A stretch of DNA of 64,000 bases, taken from Octopus sinensis (taxonomy: Eukaryota). Both the position numbers and the translations under genes were made by a program. Below, piece after piece: positions 53,346 through 64,000 of the stretch. The DNA is taken from assembly GCF_006345805.1 (NCBI RefSeq), contig NC_043014.1, positions 23,870,001 to 23,934,000 on the forward strand. The letters run 5' to 3'. Every line of letters starts with the position of its first letter. The stretch's first letter is position 1. Below the pieces are notes generated by a model that was not told the origin of the DNA, made no database searches, and was given only the letters and a program-made list of their open reading frames with translations.

Positions 53346-54198
53346 AGAGGAGTGTCGCCACGGTTAGATTATCTCTTATTCTCTAACTCAAAATGATGAA
53401 CCCAACACGTTTAAGGAAACTGGATTTGCCTCAAGCAATGTCAGATATTCTCGAAATGTCTTCAGGGAGTGTGGAGACAAGGAAATAAAGGTAGACACGA
53501 TGTAGTTGACAGTGATAATAAGAGGAAGAAATGAAGATGAGTAAAGAGAGAAAAGAAGCAGATATGTGAAGAGAAAGACATATAGAAATAGATAGGGAAT
53601 GTTTTGCAAACAAGAGGGGAAAGAAGCCGAGAGGAGCAGGATAGAAAATTAAGACAATATCGACCAAATGTTGACCGCTGAGTATGAACACATATTATAT
53701 GTATATACATACACAGGCATAAAGAGTGAGATAGAGAAAGATTTTGAATTTCTGTGGATTACAACATGACAGATGATTAAATAGGGCAGATACAAGAAAG
53801 AAAAAAGAAGAAAGTAAAGGACCACGTTTAAGGCCACTGAATTGTAGCGAAAGAACTCTGGTCGAACAAAAACCTGAAAAACAAATAGTGAACATCAAAT
53901 AAATAGTGCTTGTGTTTTTATTGGCAAAACCAGCAACATGACCTCCCATCCAATATGTTTCAAAAGACGATAGGCCATACTAGAGCACCGTCTTTTATTT
54001 GAACAAATCAATGCCAGGAATTATTTTTGTAAGCTTTGTATTTATTCTGTCGCCTCTTTTTCCGAATCGCCAAGTTACAGGGGAATAATCGCATCAACTT
54101 TAGTTATCAAGCAATGGTGGGGTGACATACAGACACACAAATACATACGTTCGTATGTATATGCGTGTGTGTGTGTGTGTGTGTGTTTGCATATGTAC

Positions 54199-54375
<177 letters not shown>

Positions 54376-54737
54376 TTTCGCTTTCCTCCTTGTGTTGCCT
54401 CTTTCTAATGATCCGCCTTGCGATTTGAATTCTATTTTTATCAATGTCAGTCCCAAGTGGGCAGATTCAGAAATCTATGATATACACACATATATATATA
54501 TACACTGTAAAGTTGTTGGCGTTAGGAAGGGCACCCAGCCACGAAAACCTTGCCAAACTAGATGGAAGCTGGTAGCCCTTGGCTTTTGGCCCTGTCGAAC
54601 CGTACAACCTATGCCAGTATGGAGAGCGGACGTTAAATGATGATGAATATATATAATATTTATAATGTATAATATATATATATATATTAATGTATATATA
54701 TAAATCTGCGTGCTTGTATCACTTTCTCTTGCTCGCT

Positions 54738-54798
<61 letters not shown>

Positions 54799-54810
54799 TA
54801 TATATATATA

Positions 54811-57044
54811 CTAGCAGAATTGCCCGGCGATGCTCGGGGCTGAATTGCTTGAAAGTACTGTTAATGATTGCACTGAATTATGATGATTATTCAGGCAAAT
54901 ATTGATATAAGTTTACGGCGAATGAATGTATTTGTAAGTGTATAGAAAGCCGTGTAAACGGGTTCCTACCCTCTCGTAGAATGGTGTAAGAATTGAATGC
55001 GAGGTTGCCTTGAAAAGAGCTATGTTATTGTTCTCATAATTATAAGAATTTGATAGTCGTGGAAGGCGGTGTAAAACGTTCGCAGGTGAATAGGGTCTCT
55101 TCGTTTTCCACGAACGGCAGCGGATGTGCTGTTACAAAACTTCATGCTGTGTTAAAAAAGAATGAATGCCCTATGTAGGCAAGAGGAGAATGAAGCATGG
55201 GTAAGTAAATATGGGTAATTTATAAAATATAGAACAATAGCATCTACTCACCATATGTCAGACCGGCAAGACGGTAGTGGTGCTGAATAGATGAATCACA
55301 ACACAGCGGTGGAGATGTTTTCATTGATGGGCGTTATGATTAAATTTGTTGTTGTATAAAATGTTCTGTTGCTTAGTTTCTAAAGTGTATGTTGCGATCG
55401 TGTTGTCGCTTATGTAAACTTTAACAGTGAGGGTGTAGATGTAGGGGGTAGATGTGTCATGTACGTTGGATATAAAAGATGAGGCTGGTGGTTTGATGAT
55501 GAATGGATAGAAATAGAGGTGAGCGAAGGACAGGTGTTGGTTAAGTGTGAATTAATGTCATGAAACGCTTAAAAATGTAAATGCCATCATAAAAGAGAGT
55601 CGTATGTAAGTGAAATACTAACGTGTTCGAAAATGATGAAACGTAGTAATCCTATAAAACCTCCTTGTACACAATGTTTTTTGTTGTGGAACGAATGCAA
55701 AAGCATCACTGTTGCTGCCGACACGCGAGCAGGCAACATAAAGCTGACCATGAGAGAAACATGGCTCTCCCAAATGTATTCCCGCCACAGACAGTGTTTG
55801 ACCCTGCGCTTTGTTAATTGACATTGCGAAACATGGCCTTACTGGGAACTGAGACCTCCGAAATATGAAAGGTAGGTCTGCTCCTGATGGGAAAAGATGC
55901 ATCCAATGTTGCCTCGACCGCACCCTGTGATAATGGTGGCCTCAATCAGATTGGGAGATAAGGACTTAACGATCAAACGTGTGCCATTGCATTCTTTTGG
56001 GGGAACCAAATTTCTAATGAGCATTATAGGGGCACCGACTTTAAGTTTGAGAATGTGTGGTGGTAGTCCGTGGGGCTCAAAGGAATTGAGTACCTCTATT
56101 GGATAGTTGATGACGTCCTCTGGGTCAGGAGTTGTATCGATAGACTTATATACATAGACATTCCCAGGAATGAGTTTTAGCATTTCATCATTAATATGGT
56201 GAACAGTTTTATTCTTCGGGGCCAGAATAGCCCTTTGGCCAATCCAATCCATATTCTGATAATTAGCTTGTAGATCTAGGAACACTGCATCTCTGAGATC
56301 AGAAGGCGTTTTAACAATGGAACAGGCTTTTGTTGGTCTGAAGCTACAGCAGAAGACACATGCCAAGTCACCACACAGTGGGACTGAACCCAGGACCATG
56401 TGTTTGGAACGTAGTTTGTTACCACACAGCCACACCTACCCCTATGTATGTGTGTGTGTGTGTGTGTGCGTATGTGTGTATGGGTAGATATATTATGCAT
56501 GTATATATGTGTATATATATATGTGTACATATTACATCTACATCTATATATATACATCTACACATAAAATACAAAATACAAAGTTATATCTTGATATCGC
56601 TAGTGATAACAATACTCAAAATATATAACAGACTGGAATTATAGGCCCGTCTCTTGCAATTTCGATCAATTGGATTTTGTCCTCCCTCTTGTATAGAAGT
56701 GTACGGCTGCAGCGAAATTCATTTTTGGACTTTCTTCTATCGAAGGCATTTTAACAAAAATGCTTCCGTAAAGACGGTGAAAATATTGTCAATTTCCCCA
56801 AAGAGGGACACAATTCAATTTTTAAACAATAACCAAAGCCCCTTCTCCGAAAGGAAGGGGGGGGTTACGGTTTACAATTATTTAACAAATGCAACACAAC
56901 AACGTTTCCCTGACGAGGAACCAACAAACGTGATTACAATAGTCAAACAGTAATAATAATAACAAACCTTTTTAATTTATCCCCATTTATGTGAAACCAC
57001 TTATTCAAGTTCAAGTCATTGATGCAATTTTATACGAATTGCTA

Positions 57045-57083
<39 letters not shown>

Positions 57084-57399
57084 AAGGGTGAAAAATTGAA
57101 TATCAATTTGATTAATATGAATTGAAAACCAGTGGTGTAGCATATAAGACCATAGCGGATCTTCCTCTAGCAAAAGGATGACTAGTATTGAAATGAGAGA
57201 AGCAAATCGTAAAATATTGAGTTTTCTCGAATTTTTGCTTAATTGGGGGGCAAAGTGAAAAAACTTTACATGCCATGACCCAATCGAATCTACTTGGAAA
57301 AATCATAGGTAAATTCCAATTGAAGAAATTCTATATTGTAGAATTGTATTAAAAAGAAACATGGGAACAGGCAGAGAAAATCTGCCTTTCATCATAAGA
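54811..57399 (-). mobile_element. Helitron with PIF1-like helicase C-terminal remnant (~55620-56320)
   Basis: 3' CTAG at 54811 with hairpin cccggcgatgctcggg. Peptides RAILAPKN, GLPPHILKLKVGAPIMLIRNL, CNGTRL, RRSQFPVRPCFAMSINKAQGQTL and FSHGQLYVACSRV. The 5' TC end at 57399 is inferred from similarity to the element start near 3365. Confidence 0.85.
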
Positions 57400-57412
57400 T
57401 ATATATATGTGT

Positions 57413-57456
<44 letters not shown>

Positions 57457-57688
57457 TAATATACGGTAAAACCATATAATTGGAGGAGAGCTTACTCTAC
57501 AGGTAGAGAAGTGGGTAAATATAAATAGACATCGTAACGATACCAACTACCAAATGGTTTCACGGCGAATTGGGGCCCCGAGTGACCTTAGTAAAGTCAT
57601 TGGGGAGAATCCCGAGCCGATTATCGGCTGGGATTCTGCCCAATGGCAAATTTAGCCATTTCTCCGTAGATTGAAAAAAAGATGAACA

Positions 57689-57731
57689 ACCTTAATCGAT
57701 TTTCGAACCTTATTGGGTTCTCATCAGGGGC
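57689..57731 (-). ncRNA. Minimal type-I hammerhead ribozyme (Penelope-type)
   Basis: Minus strand reads GCCC-CUGAUGA-GAACC-CAAUAA-GGUUC-GAAA-A-UCGA-U-UA|-AGGU. Intact core, 5-bp stem II, palindromic AAUCGAUU. Confidence 0.7.
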
Positions 57732-60365
57732 ATAGTGGTTCAAACAGGAAAAATAGAACTCATGCTGAGTCAGACTCAAATAAGTATAGATTTATTGATC
57801 GGTGAAAGTTACATAGTGACTGAAGGTTTGAGAGTTTCGTGCAGAGGCACTTATCAAACTAATTAAATCAGTGTTTTCTATATAAAACGAAAAAGCAGGA
57901 CAGTATCGGAAACAAATATGATGCAGATACTATTTTATATATACGCAGGAAGACTTTTGATTGATAATACGACAGAATTAAGGCAAGATAAAAAATGAAA
58001 GTCGTCAACATATAAGGCATTCTGCCTAAACTATGTCTTTAAGATACGATTTGTTAGTAGTAACGCTGAAAGGAAACTATTTCCTAAGGAACTCAAGAGA
58101 AGGATAAAAAGAGCAGATAGAGAGGAATAAAGACAAAAGGAAAGTAAAGGTTGAATGAAAAATGAAAACGGGAATCAAGGCTGAAGTGAATGCTGGGCTG
58201 AAGTTGAAAAAAAAGGCTCTTACCAGGCAGTGGTCAATCAGATAATGGTATGCGATACTGAATAGTCGTTTTGCACCAAAAAGGTGGACGGCGGGGGGAC
58301 GACCCATTGACCTGGGAGCGCAGGTAGACAAAAAGAGGATGTGTAGAGAAAGAAGGCAATAAAGATAGATAGGAGGTGGTTAACAGTGATAGAGACAGGA
58401 AGAAATGAAATGTAGTAAAGAGAGAAAAAACGATAGAAATAGATAGGGAATGTTTTACAAAGAAGAGGATAAGAAAGGTTGGAAAACGGAGACAATGTCC
58501 ACCAAATATTGAAAGCTGTGTGGGGTACCACTGAATAAGAATAGAAGCGGATGTGTGGCTTTACAAATTTATTTCGTAATTTCGGTTTGCAATTATTTAT
58601 AGTTAAATGTTTCCTTTCAAAGTTTTTACTTTCAAACAATTTTTTCCTGCACATTTTGGACGTAACAACCTATATGAGAAAATCGTTTCGACTGAAAGAA
58701 TTTTGAAAGGGTTTTATTTTTAGACTGGGGTCAAACGGTCGAATCCATTCAACCATGTTTTAAGTCTTTAGCAACACCAATTACAAAGAACTTTGGAGTG
58801 ATACTGAAAGATGGAGAGAAGTATTTGATAGACAGAAAGAGAGAGTTACACATTTTAACTGGGTGGGAGCTGTCTTCAATAATTCAAGTAATGCTATATG
58901 TTCAAAATTAACCATACATGCTGGTTTTGTTGTTATTGTTGATGCTACAGTTAATGTCACTTTTTTTGTATTTTGACACTACTTTCCTTCAGAAGTTAGT
59001 GGTCACAAACTCCCTAGGGAATTTTATGCCAGCTTCATCAATTTTATTTATTATTAATTTTTTTTCTTTGTTTTGAGACTTAAGCATTTTATACCGATAA
59101 ATTTTAGACACTTTTTTCTGAAACTGGTAAGGTTATGTAGGGGGTGCAAATTTTGATCTTGCACCCCCTGAGAATTCTAGGGGGTGCAGGTGCACCCGCT
59201 GCACCCCCTGTGTCCGGGCCCTTGCAAAAGGGTGCTTTTTTTCTATGAAAATCCCCATTTTTTACGATTTTTTTACTGTGTCGCTATTTTTCAGTGTATT
59301 TCAACCAGATAAATGTTCACTTAAAGAGAATAACAAGCTACATAATGCAAAATTTTTACTTTTCAAAATTCAAAAGGATTCAATGGCACCAGACGTGCTA
59401 GGATCGAGCTGAAAATTTACACACCTATAGAAGGCGTGGTGTAGCTACGGCCAGAGTAGGTTTCAAGTCTCTATCTCGATAACAAAGGCCCGAAATGCAT
59501 TTTCTCCGAGTGAGTGGATGTCATACATTATTGCCTTGAGTTGTGTTCACTCAACATGTTGGGTTCTACACGTGACTGTGCGCGTGTTTGCGCTAATGCA
59601 ACGGAAAAATGGGGCGAAAACACGTTCAATTTTTGAGTTTTTCGAAAAACAAAATATGAGCATATACATAGGAAAATTTCCTGAATCGATTGGAGCAAGT
59701 TTGAATTCTCTAGCTTGAAAAATGCAAATTCTAGCAGTTTTGAGTGTGCCTTTTTAAGAAGTTGTCAGTTCAAAATGGTGTCAAAAAATAGCTCAAAATG
59801 AGAGAATATTTTGCAGACCGAATCGCCTCAAAAATCGAACGGGAAGTGCTCTTAATCTCTATATATAAAACTGAAATGCGTTTTTACCGCTTGGATCGCT
59901 TTCAATGCCACTATTCGCTCCAAAATTTACAGGGACATGTAGAATGAGGTGACGATGCTCGTGAGCTACCTTAGAAATCCCTAGCTTGAAAGGTGTGGTT
60001 GCTAGGGGCCATCTTCCTCACTCACGCTATTTCCTTCTTTCCCTCTCTTACTCCCCTTCATTTATAACTTTGAGAATGCCACTCCTGTTATTTAACGTAT
60101 TCCCCTCAACTCCCTTTCACTTTCCCTTTATAAGTTCGTCAGACGGCTTTCTTTGATGTATCTGTCTGCATTCATAGGGAGAATTATCATCGCTACAAAT
60201 TATGTATATGTCTTCCTCACTCACTCACTCTTTTTCCTAATGATAATTATCATCGCCACCACCACCAACACACAATACTCACTCTATTTAATACAAACGG
60301 CCTTCTTTTATGTATCTGTCTGTGTGAAAGAGATAGATAACTGAAATTTTTTACTCGGTTTTTGT

Positions 60366-60505
60366 AGTGCGTGCGTGTATATGCATGTATGTGTATATGT
60401 ATGTATGCATGTATGTGTGTGTGTATGTATCTATGTATGTGTGTGTATGTATGTGCATGTATGTGTGTGTGTATGTGTGCGTATGTGTGAGTGTGTATGT
60501 ATGTA
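60366..60505. repeat. (GT/GTAT)n microsatellite at the RTE 5' junction
   Basis: Direct inspection. Confidence 0.9.
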
Positions 60506-63500
60506 CCTTTGCCTGTTTATGCAACGGTCTGCTGGCCATCCAAAATCCGGAGTGGAGCCCCTAAGGCGGTTGGATTGCGCCATGCGTGCCACCTTCCGGC
60601 AGCTCCTGCATCTTAGTCTACCCCCAGTCGTCTTGACTTTGTCTTGCCACTGGATCCGGCGCACCAGGACGAGAGAGTGAGGCTGATCCTGCGCAAGTCA
60701 CCCTCACTATAATCCAAGTCACGCGCATGTCACGACATCATGACGCCATGACACCATCCCAAAGTCCTGTGGCGATGGGGAAACGGCGAAGTAGCAGGTG
60801 AGGATACACTGGGAGCTGCAGTCGTGAACCCACACACAGGCGGCTCAGGACATGTGGTCGCCCCTCACTGAACTGAGGCAGCAGTGGAGTCCGGCAGCCT
60901 CCTGAGTGACCGAGCAGCCCTCTTCAGGATCGCTCTGCTCGCCTCCCCAGCATGAGGACGGGGCTAGAAAAGGTTGCCCTAAACATAGCCTGCCTCACCT
61001 CACCCTGGTCAGCAAACCGCGGCTGGCGGGGATCCTTTCCAAGCGGTCGAAACAAAGAAAGAAGAAAACAAACAAAGGTGCTCACTTTCGCAACTTGGAA
61101 CGTGAGAACTCTGCTTGACAACACCAAAGCGGACAGACCAGAGAGACGAACTGCCCTGGTGGCCAGAGAACTGAGCCGATACAGTATCGATATTGCAGCA
61201 CTAAGCGAGACCCGCCTTGCGGACAAAGGCCAGCTGACAGAGACAGGCGGCGGCTACACTTTCTTTTGGAGTGGTCGCAGCAGCGAAGAGCGTCGTGAGG
61301 CTGGTGTTGGTTTTGCCATTAAGTCAGTACACGTGCGGAAACTGGAAAGCCCCCCCCCCCCGAGGGTATCAACGATCGGCTGATGAAGATGCAGCTCCCA
61401 CTTGGAAACAAGACTAGTGCGACCATCATCAGTGCTTACGCCCCCACCATGACCAACCCTGAAGAAGTTAAGGACAGGTTCTATGAGGAACTCGACTCCC
61501 TCATCACGTCAGCCCAGCCTGGGAAGCTCATCCTCCTTGGGGATTTTAACGCCCGTGTCGGGACTGACCACCAAGCCTGGCATCGCGTACTGGGAAAGCA
61601 AGGAATCGGAAAGTGCAACAGCAACGGACAGCTCCTCCTGCGTGCGTGTGCCTCTCATGATCTTACCATCGCCAACACCTTGTTCCGTCTGCCAACACGC
61701 AACAAGACATCATGGATGCATCCACGCTCCAAACACTGGCATCTGATAGATTACGTCATCGTCAGGGCGAAAGACAGGCGGGACGTGAGACTGGTCAAAG
61801 CCATGTGCGGAGCTGACTGCTGGATGGACCATCGCCTCATCATCTCCAGGATGGATTTCTACATCCGACCTAAGAGAAGACCACAGGGTCAGAACGTGAC
61901 GAGGAAGCTTAACATCACGAAATTAAAGAACCAGCTGACTGCACAAGATCTCCAGTCACGTATGGACAGTAAGCTGTTGGACATTCGGAGTGACCAGTCC
62001 AGCATCGATGAGCAGTGGGAATCATTCAGGGACACGGTTCATTCCATCGCCCTTGAAACTCTGGGCCAAATTACGAGGAACCACCAGGACTGGTTCGACG
62101 AAAACGACCAGGAAATCCAAAAGCTCCTGGAAGAGAAACGCCGTCTGCTGCGGGCTCACCAAAATGACACCACCTGCACGGCAAAGAAGGCCGCTTTCAA
62201 CAACATTCGCAGCACAGTCCAGGCTAAACTCCGCCTCATGCAAGACGCATGGTTAAGCGCCAAGGCGGATGAGATTCAGGGATACGCAGACAAACACGAC
62301 ACCAAGAAATTCTACGAGGCGCTGAAAGCTGTCTATGGACCGCAGTTCTCCTTTGGATCAACCCCCCTGCTCAGCTCAGATGGAACCTCACTCCTGACTA
62401 ACAAGAGGCTGATCCTGGAGAGATGGGCGGAGCACTTCAACATCGTGCTCAACCGACCAGCCCAGATCAACGAGGAAGCCATCGCACGACTCCCCCAGGT
62501 GCCGACAAACCACGAGTTGGCTGTTCCCCCTGCAGTCGAGGAAGTGAGCAGAGCCATCAAAAAAATGTCCACCGGCAAAGCTCCAGGCTCTGACGCCATC
62601 CCTGCAGAGGTGTTCAAGTCGGGCGGCCCCACCATGATCAGTCAGCTCACCAGCCTGTTCCAGTCGATGTGGGACAGGGAACAACTCCCTCGAGATTTCC
62701 GGGATGCAACAATCGTTCACATTTATAAGCGGAAAGGAGATCGGCAGTCCTGCGACAACCACCGAGGTATTTCCCTCTTGTCCATAGCAGGCAAGATCCT
62801 GGCCCGGGTCCTGCTTGACCGCCTTCTGGAACACTTGGAGCAAGGCCTTCTCCCTGAGAGCCAGTGTGGCTTCCGTGCGGGTCGAGGGACCACTGACATG
62901 ATATTCGCCGCCCGCCAGCTCCAGGAGAAATGCATGGAGCAGCACCTTGACCTCTGCATGACCTTCGTTGACCTCACCAAGGCCTTTGATACAGTCAGTC
63001 GGGAGGGACTATGGAAGGTCATGGGAAAATTTGGTTGCCCCAGCAAATTTATTGCAATTGTCCGCCAGTTCCACGACGGAATGACAGCCAGAATCCTTGA
63101 AGACGGCGACTCATCTGAAGCCTTCCAGGTGACCAACGGAGTCAGGCAGGGCTGTGTCCTGGCCCCAACACTGTTCAGCATCATGTTCTCGGCAATGATG
63201 TCCGACGCCTTTAGGGACTGCAAGTCCGGTATCAACATCAAGTACAGGACAGACGGGAAACTTTTCAACTCCAGGAGATTGCAGGCTGTCACAAAGGTGA
63301 GGGAGACAGTCGTCAGAGATTTTCTCTTTGCTGACGACTGCGCCCTTAATGCAATCGATGAGCAGGAGATGCAGCTCGAGATGGACAGGTTCTCATCAGC
63401 CTGTGACAACTTCGGTCTCACCATCAGTGCAAAGAAAACTGAAGTGATGTTTCAGCCAGCCCCCGGCAAACAATACCATGAGCCTCAGATAAGGGTGAAC

Positions 63501-64000
63501 GGACGGATCCTACGAGTGGTGGAAAACTTCACCTACCTGGGCAGCACTCTCTCCTGCAATGCCAACATAGATGCTGAAACCATCAACAGAATCTCCAAGG
63601 CAAGCAGCGCGTTTGGGAGACTGCGAAAGAAAGTCTGGGAGCGGAGAGGAATCAGCCTCAACACCAAGCTGAAAGTCTACCGGGCAGTCGTGCTTACCAC
63701 CCTACTATACGGCTGCGAGACGTGGACTGCTTACCGAAGGCACGAGCGCCAGATAAACCACTTCCATCTCAGGTGTCTTCGGAATCTCCTTCACATCCGC
63801 TGGCAGGACAAAGTCCCAGACACGGAAGTTCTGAAGCAGGCAGATCTCCCTAGCACCATCACAATCATGCGCAAGGCCCAGCTGAGATGGGCGGGCCACG
63901 TCTCCCGCATGTCCGACACTCGCATCCCAAAACAGCTCTTCTACGGTGAACTCGGCCAGGGCAGGCGCAAAGTCGGAGGGCAGAAAAAGCGCTACAAGGA
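60506..64000 (+). mobile_element. Apparently full-length young RTE (BovB-like) LINE: 5' UTR, APE endonuclease and RT, running off the window
   Basis: ATWNVRTLLD, DIAALSETRLA and EAGVGFAI. After a frameshift in a C12 run (61350-61361) the frame reads EGINDRLM, SAYAPT, LLGDFNARVG, WHLIDY, DLTKAFD, RQGCVLAP, FLFADD, and appears open to the window end. Confidence 0.95.

Noticed and set aside
53418-53472. Minus-strand CUGAAGA...GACA hammerhead-like remnant
   Set aside because: Core mutated and stems too weak to distinguish from chance.
56905-56940. CTGACGA hammerhead start
   Set aside because: No GAAA core and no stem I complement.
60506-60951. HDV-like ribozyme in the RTE 5' UTR
   Set aside because: Some RTEs carry one and the UTR is GC-rich, but I could not find the P3/L3 (UCCNCGY-like) element with a consistent nested pseudoknot by eye.
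62022-63899. Minus-strand ORFs up to 233 aa
   Set aside because: Antisense shadows of the GC-rich RTE coding frame.

Overview
AT-rich, repeat-dominated animal genomic DNA, not prokaryotic. The SINE and RTE families suggest an octopus or other cephalopod (inference). There is one 100-N gap at 16052-16151. Host genes: two internal + strand exons of an unidentified gene (628-1488, 7090-7152), an intronless 745-aa BTB/POZ + 9xC2H2 zinc-finger gene (- strand, 31694-33931) and an intronless FAM162/UPF0389-family ORF (+ strand, 38542-38982). Most of the rest is nested transposable elements: CR1-, RTE-, R4/Dong- and L1/Tx1-type LINEs, tRNA-derived SINEs, Helitrons, Tc1/mariner/pogo, an 8.4-kb hAT-type shell, palindromic MITEs carrying TTAGGG repeats, a solo LTR and Penelope-like fold-backs. 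Main leads: (1) five minimal type-I hammerhead-ribozyme-like motifs, four with palindromic loop 3, one with a compensatory G3:C8 swap in the catalytic core and one with an 88-nt loop 2; (2) the FAM162 ORF splits a Helitron-associated repeat unit, and the inserted block ends in an RTE 3' tail, suggesting RTE-tail-mediated retroposition or Helitron capture; (3) a GC-rich, apparently full-length young RTE LINE broken only at a C12 run. All structural calls were made by eye and need computational or experimental confirmation.
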